From positions 26,237 through 90,236 of IMG/VR virus record IMGVR_UViG_3300010163_000014: a stretch of 64,000 nucleotides of DNA, one strand, 5' to 3'. This document shows, piece after piece, positions 18,914-28,629 of this stretch. The DNA is from a virus (taxonomy: Duplodnaviria > Caudoviricetes). The notes under the pieces were generated by a model. The model did not search any database. It had not been told where the DNA came from and saw nothing but the letters and a program-made list of their open reading frames with translations. Positions within the stretch are counted from its first letter, which is position 1, and each line of letters begins with the position of its first letter. A program made the translations under genes and the position numbers.

Positions 18914-18949
18914 AAAGAGGATGTAGGTTTTTGCCTACATCCTCTTTTT
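18914..18949 (+). terminator. Intrinsic terminator
   Basis: AAAGAGGATGTAGG/CCTACATCCTCTTT. Confidence 0.85.
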
Positions 18950-18989
18950 CCATCAGTAAACTTAAGATTTTATCGATATATCATTAAAG

Positions 18990-19205
18990 TGTATCTGATA
19001 GGTGATACATTGGATGATCAAGGGACTTGAACACCCCTTGGGCAATGTTAAATTACTTATGCAGGTATAGGCTCTATCTTATCCAGCACTGATGGAGAAC
19101 TCGGAGAGTTATGGAACCGTAAACGATCTGGCCAGCCAGGTCAGCTTGTGAGTCCAACGGGAAAGTGATAATCCGGGTTTGAAATTGGTGCTGGGTAAGG
19201 TATCC
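18990..19205 (+). ncRNA. Candidate structured non-coding RNA
   Basis: No ORF over 25 aa; 19-bp helix 19075-19093/19184-19202 with 4 G-U pairs; internal hairpins; GATATATCAT motif at 18975-18984. Confidence 0.5.
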
Positions 19206-19210
19206 TTAAA

Positions 19211-19222
19211 AACAAAGCCGTA
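19211..19222 (+). promoter_or_regulatory. Putative late promoter AACA-N6-TA
   Basis: AACA AAGCCG TA upstream of the tail fibre gene at 19267. Confidence 0.5.
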
Positions 19223-19266
19223 ACATTTACTACTCGTTTCTTTTTTTATAAAAGGAGGTTAGTTCT

Positions 19267-20703
19267 ATGGGATATAGAACGAAATTTACTGGCCCAAAGA
19301 TTGATGAACTACTACTGAAAGCCTTTGATATCATCAATGCTGCAAATGGCTGGTATAAGTTACTATCTACTGTAGATACGCCGATTGATCTGAATACTCT
19401 GGTGAATACTGGTAACTTCACCACGAGCCATTGGGTCAATGGACCTGAGATTGATATCTTTGGTCCAATCAATATCTCCATCTTCGAGCTAGAGGGCATG
19501 AAGCGATTCCAGATGGTGGAATACTTCAATGATCTCTATGTAAGAGAATACAAACCTGAGACGGTTGAACGTTGGGGTCCTTGGAAGTATCGCCAGGCCA
19601 ATACCAGAATTGCAATTAGTGAAACTTCTCCTCTGGAGCCTGAAGATTTCACTATGTGGCTAGATATTTCTAATCCCAATGTCCCTGCTTTATATTGCTG
19701 GTATAATGGTCAGTGGAGAGCTGTTAAACCGGTTGGTGTTATGGAGACCGATGTTTATGATCCTCGTGGAATTGGTGTCGATATCTATGATTATATTGAT
19801 AATGCAATCAAAGATGCCAATCTAGAGCAAATCACCCTAGACTTTGATGAGCATATTAATGATTCCAGTATTCATGTGACAAAAGAGGATAAGGACAATT
19901 GGAACGCTAAGCCAACTGTTGACATTGTCAATGAGAAGTGGGATCAATTGGAAGCTCGAGTGGATGACGACGTAATCACTCAAGCACGAAATATTGTTGC
20001 TCTTGTCACTCGCCTACAGAATGCCGTTGAACTATATAAGGATCTTCTGGAAAAACATGTAAGTGATACTGTAATTCATCCTAGTCTGGATAAACAGGCT
20101 TACTGGGATTCTAAGGCAGATTTTAATCATACCCATTATCTCGATAATCGAGTGACCATTGATGCCTCTCAGATTGTATCTGGCATTATTAGTGCCGACC
20201 GAATCGATCCTGCTTCTAAGGAAGTGGTTCATAAGGTTGACACCTTTGATGATGTTGCTAAGATCACAAGAGATGAAGCTCAGAATGGCGATATGATTTG
20301 GGTTAAAGAGAATAATATCATCTACTATGTCATTGATGATACAAAACTGAATACTCCCCAGTATCAGCAAGGCCTTAAGGTATACTCTGCTGGTGTTGCT
20401 ATTCTAGATTGGGAGAATATTACCAATACCCCCGATACTCTGGATGGATATGGCATCATCGATTGCTATACCAAACTAGAGATTGATGCTATGCTGGTTC
20501 CTCTACAAGCGGTTATTGACGAGTACTCTGAGGTGATCGATGCTCTGATCGACTTTGCTGGTAAAGACAGCACTACTCTATTCAATAAGGTTGTACAGAC
20601 CAGCCTAAAACAAGATGTCATCTTGGATACTCATTCCAAGCTGGAAGAAAATATGGAAGTCATCTTGAGAAAGGCACTTGAGCTACAAGCTCTGCTTTGT
20701 TAA
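19267..20703 (+). CDS. Tail fibre-like protein
   Basis: Fibre motifs MWLD...WYNGQW, H(V/I)T..DK..WN, HTH, W.NITNTPDTLDGYGI; coiled-coil C-terminus. Confidence 0.65.
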   Translation: MGYRTKFTGPKIDELLLKAFDIINAANGWYKLLSTVDTPIDLNTLVNTGNFTTSHWVNGPEIDIFGPINISIFELEGMKRFQMVEYFNDLYVREYKPETVERWGPWKYRQANTRIAISETSPLEPEDFTMWLDISNPNVPALYCWYNGQWRAVKPVGVMETDVYDPRGIGVDIYDYIDNAIKDANLEQITLDFDEHINDSSIHVTKEDKDNWNAKPTVDIVNEKWDQLEARVDDDVITQARNIVALVTRLQNAVELYKDLLEKHVSDTVIHPSLDKQAYWDSKADFNHTHYLDNRVTIDASQIVSGIISADRIDPASKEVVHKVDTFDDVAKITRDEAQNGDMIWVKENNIIYYVIDDTKLNTPQYQQGLKVYSAGVAILDWENITNTPDTLDGYGIIDCYTKLEIDAMLVPLQAVIDEYSEVIDALIDFAGKDSTTLFNKVVQTSLKQDVILDTHSKLEENMEVILRKALELQALLC

Positions 20704-20746
20704 TTTTTTGATGGTACTTCGTGAAATGTGAAACTAGGGCCCGGAA

Positions 20747-20758
20747 AACAAGCGGGTA
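20747..20758 (+). promoter_or_regulatory. Putative late promoter AACA-N6-TA
   Basis: AACA AGCGGG TA, located in the loop of a long hairpin upstream of 20814. Confidence 0.45.
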
Positions 20759-20813
20759 AAATTTAGCTTTACAGACACGAAGTGCCATTTTTTTATAAAG
20801 GAGTGAAGATGAT

Positions 20814-23800
20814 ATGGCCAATGAAACCTATGTCTATTGGGATTCGAAGGATATTGCGAATGGCCCACTATTTGATGAGCTACTAGAGCGTATCCTTAAG
20901 ACAAATCCTGAGACATTTGGCTATGTTAAGTTGCACGAAGATACACAGAGGGATCTGATTGAATACTTCCGAGTCGATCTAGATGAAAATGGAACTCCCA
21001 GTGATCCTGAGAAGATTGGTAACTTTGTCCTATATAACTACACCAATGGTCCAGAGGAAATTCCTGATAATTCAGTTCTCCCCGTTCTATTGAGAACTTC
21101 TATCATGTATCTCTGGGGGCCTTACGATCCAGAGCAAGCCGAAATCAAGGGTCCTAATTATCATAGAGATATTCTTGGTTATTATCAGAAGTGGACTCTT
21201 GATGTGGGTGACAAACTATATGTCTACTCTACTCAGGAACCTCAATGGACAAAGTTGACTGGTGAGATGCAGGCTCAGGAGCAGTCTAAAATTATTCGTA
21301 GTGTATTTCCTCCTGATCCCCCTACTGATCCTAGAATTCTGTGGTTGGATTGTGATAAGAACTTTGCAACCCTTAAAAAATATGATCCTGATCTAGGAAC
21401 CTGGATTGAAGCTACAATTCCTGGGGCTCTTCATAAAATCTGGTATGATACCAATCATAAAGAAAAAGATATTTATGAATATGCCAATGATGCAATTGCA
21501 TCAGTCTCCAAAGACTATGGTATGTTCTTGAAGCATAAAATGAATGAATTGATCCTCATTCATATCAGTCCTGATGAAAAGATTCAATGGGATGCTATCC
21601 TATCTATGGAAGAATTTCTTCAGATCATCAAAGATCGTGAAGAAGAGTGCCATGAGATTATCATGACACTATATGATGAAATTCTGGGTATCAATGCTCT
21701 AGAGAAAACTGCTCGAGATACCCTGAAGAATTATGATGACCATGTTAATGAGGATGAATCTGCTACTCCTCCTCATATCAGTCATAAAAAAGCAAATATG
21801 TGGGATTCAAAGTCCGATGCAAATCATCGACATGACATTGATCCCCTTGTCACTATCTTCGGTGAGAATGTTTTAACTGGTACGATTGATCCCAGAAGAT
21901 TACCCGATGAAATTAAAGAGAGGGTAATTCCAATTCCTGATGGAATTGATTCTCTTGCCAATCCTATTAGTGATGAGGATCGTAAGGGTAAATACCATCT
22001 AGGTAATATTCTGCTATACGATCCTGATGGAAATATCGAAAATTATAAATGGTACAAGATTATTGACCCTGAGATGTTGGGTACACCGGCATATGTGAGC
22101 GGTGTACTTGAATTTACTCATAACTGGGAAGATATCACGACTGCTGAATGGAAGTATGTACAAAATACTCCTACTACAATTGCAGGGTATGATCTCAGTG
22201 CAACTGTCTATACCAAAGATGAGTTTGAAGTAATTGCCCGAAACCTCATCTCTAAACTCAATGATCTAGATAAAGCTCTGATTTATCTAATGAAACCCCA
22301 AGGAGTTCCTCTTCCCTTTAACTGTAAGGGTGAGCCTCGTAATAGCCTTATTATTCAACTAGGTGGATATGTCAATGGACAGGAAGTTGATTTTGCTCTT
22401 CATGCTGATGGTGAGTCTGATGCTATCGTGGAGGGTGCTAATGATGATATTGCCGGGTTAGGATTCCATACCGGAGAAGATACATCCTATGACAATGATG
22501 ATATTACCTCTATTTATGATATGGGTAAAGGAATGGGTTCTGCATGGGGTCTAATCTATCATACTGATAAAGAGGAGAATTGTCATAAAGGTGTAAACCA
22601 GAAATATTTCATAAATTTCAGACAATCATTCCATACTTTTGCTGCATTTAAAGGTATGGGTGATAATACAGCTATTATTACCTTTGCAAGTGTAAAATCT
22701 GCACTGAATCCCACTAAGATGGATATCGGTGTTTATACTACTTCTTCTAGTGCGACCGATATCAATTTCAATCTTGAACAGAAGATGTCTGTTGTTACAA
22801 TTCTCAAGAATAAGGGTCTAGGTACTTCTGATGAGAATTGGATCCCTGTATGCTGGTCTGAATGTGATCCTACTGATACCCAGCCCTTTAAGACAATTGG
22901 CCTTGTAGTCTATGGAGACAAGACTGGTTATAGAGCAATCTATTTTAAAGTTACTGATGCCAAGATCAATACTGAGATTGTCAATATTGGTTCTTTCCAA
23001 ATCAGTGAAGTGTATCACATCGTTCCTGATTATTATCAGGATGCATCTGGTAAACCTTGTCATTGTTTTACCATCGATGCTCTAGACGCTGATAATAAGA
23101 TTTCCTTTATTAATACTCGAATCTTTGACTTGGATAGTGCATCTGCAACTACTATTCGTAGGCAGTATGTGAGTCCGAATAATGTTAAAGTCAATTGCAT
23201 CAATAATGGATTTGAAGTTGACAATGTGAATGTGACTGCTATGATCGTCAAGCCTTGTGACTTTGATCTTGACTCTAGAGTCAATATTGGTGCTTTCAAC
23301 TTTATTGACAATGAGACTGGACATAGCGGCACTCTATTCTACGATTTTATTCGTGGTAAGAACGATGCTACTCACAGTGGACTATTTGTCCGCAATGTCT
23401 CTGAGCATACTTCAGAGATTTCTCTAGGTGAGCTTGTTCCTTATGACGACTTTAGATCCTTCTATGGATTTAATCATAATGAGCCAGTTATTCTAACTGC
23501 TGCTAATAACACAATTGCTGGTAAATGTGCCATTCTTGAATGGACATTCAATATCGTTGGTCATGATGACACCAGTCATCAGACTGTAGCAACTTGGAGT
23601 GAAATTTGGTCTCCCTCAAATCATTTTTATGATAAGGGGAAGTGCATGATTACTGATATTGAACCAGTTACCAGTCCTTATGCTGGAACCAAAGAATCTG
23701 GTAAAACAAGAGATCTTCTCAAGGTTACTATGAATATTGATCCAGAGGATGGAGTTCCTTATGATATTCATCTTCTCATTTATGAATCCCTTACTGTGCC

Positions 23801-24278
23801 TGGCAAATGGGAGACTTTAGGTGGAGATGGATATTCCGATGCCACTGCATATTGTGGCATTTTTGATAGCAATTCTTCCTATCGAAACTATTTAGTCTCT
23901 GATCAATTTACTGATGTTGATTTGACAAATGAATCATTTGTCATTGAAAGATATTTTGATCATGAAGAAGATATTGGAGATCTCACTCTCACCTATAAAT
24001 ATAACATATTAGTTGGGGACTCTTTCTATGCAAAACTTGCTATGGGATTTCAAAAAGATCTCTATGGCGAAATCATGATTGGCCAAGAACTTGTATGGAA
24101 TGAAGATCATAGCGCATATAAAGCTAATTCTGCTATCTATGCGCCCCGTTTACATCAACTCCAGGCATGCTTATCTGGAGTGATAGAGTGGGATTTTGAT
24201 AATCTGGATAATAAACTTACTCTGGCAGAAAACTGGTTGGCAATGCTGACCTTCCCTGGTACTACAATTACACCGTAA
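20814..24278 (+). CDS. Long tail fibre / receptor-binding protein; N-terminal paralog of 19267-20703
   Basis: Shares G..FDELL, LWLD..LKKY..W, HRH...TGTIDP.RLP and NTPTTIAGY motifs with the upstream gene; has a unique beta-rich C-terminal region of ~650 aa. Confidence 0.65.
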   Translation: MANETYVYWDSKDIANGPLFDELLERILKTNPETFGYVKLHEDTQRDLIEYFRVDLDENGTPSDPEKIGNFVLYNYTNGPEEIPDNSVLPVLLRTSIMYLWGPYDPEQAEIKGPNYHRDILGYYQKWTLDVGDKLYVYSTQEPQWTKLTGEMQAQEQSKIIRSVFPPDPPTDPRILWLDCDKNFATLKKYDPDLGTWIEATIPGALHKIWYDTNHKEKDIYEYANDAIASVSKDYGMFLKHKMNELILIHISPDEKIQWDAILSMEEFLQIIKDREEECHEIIMTLYDEILGINALEKTARDTLKNYDDHVNEDESATPPHISHKKANMWDSKSDANHRHDIDPLVTIFGENVLTGTIDPRRLPDEIKERVIPIPDGIDSLANPISDEDRKGKYHLGNILLYDPDGNIENYKWYKIIDPEMLGTPAYVSGVLEFTHNWEDITTAEWKYVQNTPTTIAGYDLSATVYTKDEFEVIARNLISKLNDLDKALIYLMKPQGVPLPFNCKGEPRNSLIIQLGGYVNGQEVDFALHADGESDAIVEGANDDIAGLGFHTGEDTSYDNDDITSIYDMGKGMGSAWGLIYHTDKEENCHKGVNQKYFINFRQSFHTFAAFKGMGDNTAIITFASVKSALNPTKMDIGVYTTSSSATDINFNLEQKMSVVTILKNKGLGTSDENWIPVCWSECDPTDTQPFKTIGLVVYGDKTGYRAIYFKVTDAKINTEIVNIGSFQISEVYHIVPDYYQDASGKPCHCFTIDALDADNKISFINTRIFDLDSASATTIRRQYVSPNNVKVNCINNGFEVDNVNVTAMIVKPCDFDLDSRVNIGAFNFIDNETGHSGTLFYDFIRGKNDATHSGLFVRNVSEHTSEISLGELVPYDDFRSFYGFNHNEPVILTAANNTIAGKCAILEWTFNIVGHDDTSHQTVATWSEIWSPSNHFYDKGKCMITDIEPVTSPYAGTKESGKTRDLLKVTMNIDPEDGVPYDIHLLIYESLTVPGKWETLGGDGYSDATAYCGIFDSNSSYRNYLVSDQFTDVDLTNESFVIERYFDHEEDIGDLTLTYKYNILVGDSFYAKLAMGFQKDLYGEIMIGQELVWNEDHSAYKANSAIYAPRLHQLQACLSGVIEWDFDNLDNKLTLAENWLAMLTFPGTTITP

Positions 24279-24321
24279 AAATCGAACACAAGTAGTAATA
24301 AATCTCAAGGAGGCGATAACT

Positions 24322-24621
24322 ATGGATATGAGCGCAATTAATCAGTATATCAATCCCAATCTTCTTGTGCTGATTCCTGTTTTGTACATTATCGGTATGG
24401 TCATTAAGAGCTCTACCTCGATTGACAATAAGCACATTCCTCTTCTTCTCGGCATTCTCAGTATCGTTCTCAGCCTGTTTGCTCTGTTTGCGACTACAGA
24501 GGTGAAGACTGTGGCAGATGGCTTTAATCTGGTCTTTGCTGGGATCACGCAGGGTGTGCTGGTAGCCGGCACTTCTGTCTATGCTAACCAGCTCTTCAAG
24601 CAGAATACTACTAAGGGCTAA
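24322..24621 (+). CDS. Phage holin
   Basis: 99 aa, 3 TM; YINPNLLVLIPVLYIIGMVIK...IDNKHIPLLLGILSI...ITQGVLVAG.SVY.NQL matches a Firmicute-phage holin pattern. Confidence 0.8.
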   Translation: MDMSAINQYINPNLLVLIPVLYIIGMVIKSSTSIDNKHIPLLLGILSIVLSLFALFATTEVKTVADGFNLVFAGITQGVLVAGTSVYANQLFKQNTTKG

Positions 24622-24624
24622 CTA

Positions 24625-24666
24625 TGAGGGTAGTAGGGTATATCAGTCCCTACTACCCTCATTTTT
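24625..24666 (+). terminator. Intrinsic terminator
   Basis: TGAGGGTAGTAGGG/CCCTACTACCCTCA plus T tract. Confidence 0.85.
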
Positions 24667-24720
24667 AACAAAAAGATAAATCTGAGTGCATACTTACTTT
24701 ATCATTCGGATAGAAAGGAG

Positions 24721-25215
24721 GTGCACAGAAAAGTGGATTTTCTCACAGTCTTCACGACTCTGGTTACTTGTCTGACTCCAATTGCAGTTGCATGGGGTGG
24801 ATGGAAAGTAAGTCTGAGTCAAAAACAATCAAAAGAGTATCATGAATTGTTAGAGAAATATAATAAAGAGCGAGCAATTGCGGAAGAAGAGAAAGAAAAA
24901 GCTATGCTTGTTCGAGAGGAGAGGCTAGAAAAGAAGATCAATGACCTAGAGAAGAAGGTCAATGATCTTCTTAATAGTAGTGAATCCTCAGATCTTGATG
25001 AGCGGGTGGACAAATTGTATGATTTAACTGAAATCAATCACGATTATATCCAGACGGTGTCTAGTGTTGTCACATCAATTGGAGAGGGCTTGATTTCGAG
25101 TGATGTACTGAGTGGGGAGATGAAACAGTCGGTACATGATACGATTACCAAACATCGTGAAACTGAGAAAGATCTCGAACAACGGGTGTATAAAGCCTTC
25201 AAAGTCCGCTATTGA
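24721..25215 (+). CDS. Membrane-anchored coiled-coil protein (lysis-cassette associated)
   Basis: GTG start; N-terminal TM followed by a coiled coil; AACA-N6-TA at 24667-24678. Confidence 0.55.
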   Translation: MHRKVDFLTVFTTLVTCLTPIAVAWGGWKVSLSQKQSKEYHELLEKYNKERAIAEEEKEKAMLVREERLEKKINDLEKKVNDLLNSSESSDLDERVDKLYDLTEINHDYIQTVSSVVTSIGEGLISSDVLSGEMKQSVHDTITKHRETEKDLEQRVYKAFKVRY

Positions 25216-25331
25216 TGTCAAATAGTGTAACCAGATGTCTTGAATTACATCTGGTTACACTATTTCTTATGCTGGAAGACAGTCATATAATTACTCAACA
25301 AACTAAAAACTTATATCGAGGTGAAATTTAA

Positions 25332-26888
25332 ATGACCATTGCAGATACCTTCGAGAAATTTAAGGCTGGCTGGCAAGCTGGTAATGATATCAATATCAAT
25401 GCTGATGTCGTTGTATCTGAAGATCTTTCCACTGTAAAAGGTGTGACAATTACCGGTGTCCCGAATGACTCTGGCACTCTACCGGCGATCACATTTAGCA
25501 ATACCTTCGTGATGAATGGTAGTGGTATCTCCTTTAATAATGTGAAGATCATTTTTGATGGAGATATCGGTATTAAATGCGATTCCCTTGGAATTGAGTT
25601 TAATGGCTGCGAGATTGAAGCCGGAGGATCTACGTTTGTCGATATTGCCCGGGTACCTAGTACTCAGGTAGCTCCTTCGAACTTTACTTTTACTAACTGT
25701 AATATCACCTGTGCAAATGCTTTTGCTATGGTTGGTAAGAGCGAATATGCTGTTGGCGGGTATTCCCATTACAGTGGTGCTTCTAGGCTATCCATTGAAG
25801 GGGGATCCCTTGTCACCGGTAGCTCGGATCCCTTTACTGTCTCTCAGCTATGTAAGGGATTTAGACTATCTATTTCTCCTGTGCAGTATGATTGTGGGAG
25901 TGCTCAGCAGATTGTCCTACTGAATGCCGATGGTGCTGAGATCTTCATGTCTCAATTTGCAATTCCTGAGGACTTTATTGATCCCGCTAGTGACAAATTC
26001 CTAGTTCGAATTGCGATTGATAAGAAGTATCCTGCTCTGAATACTGGTCGAATTCAGATCAGTAATATTGATGAGAATTATACTGATTGCATTGTGGTCA
26101 GTAATGCCGCAGCCCCGAATGGTAATCCTGGTGGCTATGCGGTTTTCTGTAATAGCAAGGGAATTACCTTCACTGCAACCCTATTCAATTTTGATTGGGT
26201 TACCAATGTAGAGGATCTCAAGATTGCTCTACAGATGATCGAGTACTTGAGCACCAGTAGTAAGAATGCAGTTCTGAATCTCAGTACTCCGATCACTACT
26301 GATAAGCTTACAATTGCCTCCAGCTTTGTCAATCTAGTCGGTAATTTGACTGTTGATGAACTAGTTCTTGATCATACAGTCATGACAGTTACCACTGGTG
26401 GTACTCTGACTGTCAATAAGAAGCTGTTGATGGACAATCGATCCCTTGTGGATGATGATCTGAAGACTGGTGCTCTATCCATTCCCAACTATAAGGGCGA
26501 GTATCCGATTCGTGGTCCGTTCAATAGTTCTGCTCTGGCAGTAAATCCCATTCTGGATGGTACTGTTTCCGGATCTAATTCATTTACCAATGCAACTCTT
26601 CAGTTGCTGATCAATAAGTTTGGCAATCGTATCTTTATGATTGTCTTTGATAATAACTATAAAGTCTCTATTGGTTATAGCTCTTCTCAGCTCAAGAATG
26701 TAAATGACATTATTCTCGATTCTGTCGGTGGTGTTGATATGATTGGTATTCGACATTATGTCCCTCATCCGAATCGAGTCAATGAGTCTGTGAGCTATGT
26801 CACTTGGAAGCTAACTTCTTATATTCAGCAGGTTTCCATCCTCGATGAGGATATGCAGTGGAGGCCTGATATTATTCAAGTAATGTAA
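25332..26888 (+). CDS. Putative beta-helix structural protein
   Basis: 518 aa; repeated short strands (ITFSN, ISFNNVKI, FTFTNCNI) typical of parallel beta-helices; GACA-N6-TA at 25278-25289. Confidence 0.45.
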   Translation: MTIADTFEKFKAGWQAGNDININADVVVSEDLSTVKGVTITGVPNDSGTLPAITFSNTFVMNGSGISFNNVKIIFDGDIGIKCDSLGIEFNGCEIEAGGSTFVDIARVPSTQVAPSNFTFTNCNITCANAFAMVGKSEYAVGGYSHYSGASRLSIEGGSLVTGSSDPFTVSQLCKGFRLSISPVQYDCGSAQQIVLLNADGAEIFMSQFAIPEDFIDPASDKFLVRIAIDKKYPALNTGRIQISNIDENYTDCIVVSNAAAPNGNPGGYAVFCNSKGITFTATLFNFDWVTNVEDLKIALQMIEYLSTSSKNAVLNLSTPITTDKLTIASSFVNLVGNLTVDELVLDHTVMTVTTGGTLTVNKKLLMDNRSLVDDDLKTGALSIPNYKGEYPIRGPFNSSALAVNPILDGTVSGSNSFTNATLQLLINKFGNRIFMIVFDNNYKVSIGYSSSQLKNVNDIILDSVGGVDMIGIRHYVPHPNRVNESVSYVTWKLTSYIQQVSILDEDMQWRPDIIQVM

Positions 26889-26903
26889 TCAATTCGTTTG
26901 ATA

Positions 26904-26913
26904 AATACATTAT
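26904..26913 (+). promoter_or_regulatory. Putative early promoter AATACATTAT
   Basis: Motif variant upstream of the hairpin leader and the ORF at 27064. Confidence 0.45.
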
Positions 26914-27063
26914 TTCCTTGATGGTAAAGTGTGGTTTAGTGATATCTTAATGAGTGAGGTAAAATTATAGTTTTGGATTTACACCAACTATAATCCCTCT
27001 CTTGTGAGATTGACCTAAACCACACTTTATTTATCCGCTATATCAACGAAAGGAGTTTAGCAC

Positions 27064-27534
27064 ATGGATGAAATCAAAGCAAATGCCGTGAGCAATTCTG
27101 GTAAAGGCGTAGAGAAGATGTACGCCTATATCCAGGAGACCAAGCAGCAGACACTCAAGGGGGAACGCAAGTTACATTGCGTTTGTCTCCACCAGAAAAA
27201 CAAACAACCGTCTCTGAAACGTACTAATCGTTCTGATAAGGACGGCAATCCGATTTGGGTATGCCGTCGCTGTGGTGGTGAAATCAATCTCCAACAGATG
27301 AAGATCGAGGATCTTGAGAATGCAATCGCGATTGTCAGCCGAGCAATCGACATCATCAAGATCCTGTCCAATCCTGCTAATGATAAGGATGCCGAGTTCC
27401 TGAAGAAGATGAGTAAGGAACAGTATCGTCTGGAGGATGTCAAGAAAGCGTTTGTCACCGTTACCACCGGTGGTAAGAAGAAGCGCAACAACAGCCAGCA
27501 GAGCGGACCTCGCGGGTCTACTTGGAAGGGTTAA
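27064..27534 (+). CDS. Zinc-binding hypothetical protein
   Basis: CVCLH...CRRC; basic C-terminus; AAAGGAG RBS; terminator at 27539-27581. Confidence 0.65.
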   Translation: MDEIKANAVSNSGKGVEKMYAYIQETKQQTLKGERKLHCVCLHQKNKQPSLKRTNRSDKDGNPIWVCRRCGGEINLQQMKIEDLENAIAIVSRAIDIIKILSNPANDKDAEFLKKMSKEQYRLEDVKKAFVTVTTGGKKKRNNSQQSGPRGSTWKG

Positions 27535-27602
27535 ATTAGATTCGTCCGGGTAAAGTAAAATTACCCGGACGAATCATTTTTGTGGTAAAAGGAGATATTA
27601 CG

Positions 27603-28577
27603 ATGGATTTTAACGAAGATGATCTGATTCTTGATCCTAACTCATTCCAAGATGAACCCAATGAACAAGATGAGCTTATCCAGCACTCTGAAATGGAAGG
27701 TCCTCTTGATGAGAAAGATAAATCTAAAGATGAAAGTGTTGCCATCAAGATGATCGGTGTGGATTTCATCGATGTTATGCTTGAGCGTGCCAACATTGAG
27801 AATGCTTATTATAACACACTGATTGTCGAAAGACTCAATCAGTGTAAGGATGAACATCAAAAGCTTTCTCTTGAAAGAGAGCGTACAATCATTCAGGATG
27901 CAATGGATATGCTCACTGATACTCTACTTGCTATCAGAGATTTTGTCGTTGAAAGTGATGATCAGTCGATCCCGGCTGATTCTTTGTCGATCTTGCCTTC
28001 TCTGATCAATAATATCATGGCCTGGAAGCCCATTGCGGCTTTGACCGGAGCTGAAGAAGAATGGAAGGATATGAGTAATGCTCCCGGATATAAGGATATG
28101 ATCGGGAAGACCTGGTGGATCACTACTCAACATATTGAGGGTACCGGGATTCCGATCCAGAGTGTCCAGTATAATATCCGAGCGAGGACTATCCTTCGTT
28201 TCAATAATGATAACCGATTGGCACATCGTACAGATGCACAGCGGTTTGTTGATTCTGAATCTATGCAGGAGATTCCTCCTCATATGATTCAGGCATCTCC
28301 TGTGAGATTTATCAAGTTTCCGTATGTCTTCACTCCCACTAACACGATTCTGATTAATACCAAGAATGGCGATGTTGTGGGGGTCACCAATCCTGGTAAT
28401 ATCGGGATCAACAGCAGTGCATATCCTGATTTCATCATGGATGCCATTCAGGAGGATAAGAAGAAGCATCCGGAGGATTATGATGATGCTCCGGATAATA
28501 TCAATGAAATTTCTCAGAGTCTGTCTGATCAAGTGATGGCCTTCCTGAATGAGGATAACGGCGAGGACGACGAATAA
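27603..28577 (+). CDS. Hypothetical protein with acidic termini
   Basis: AAAGGAG RBS before MDFNEDD; terminator at 28587-28617. Confidence 0.7.
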   Translation: MDFNEDDLILDPNSFQDEPNEQDELIQHSEMEGPLDEKDKSKDESVAIKMIGVDFIDVMLERANIENAYYNTLIVERLNQCKDEHQKLSLERERTIIQDAMDMLTDTLLAIRDFVVESDDQSIPADSLSILPSLINNIMAWKPIAALTGAEEEWKDMSNAPGYKDMIGKTWWITTQHIEGTGIPIQSVQYNIRARTILRFNNDNRLAHRTDAQRFVDSESMQEIPPHMIQASPVRFIKFPYVFTPTNTILINTKNGDVVGVTNPGNIGINSSAYPDFIMDAIQEDKKKHPEDYDDAPDNINEISQSLSDQVMAFLNEDNGEDDE

Positions 28578-28629
28578 GATAAAATAAGAAGGGTGGGATA
28601 AAATCCCACCCTTCTTTGGAGGTATTATT

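Noticed and set aside
19088-19186. Hammerhead ribozyme suggested by CTGATG and GAAA
   Set aside because: The CUGANGA core is not matched (CTGATGG), and these bases are already paired in the long helix.
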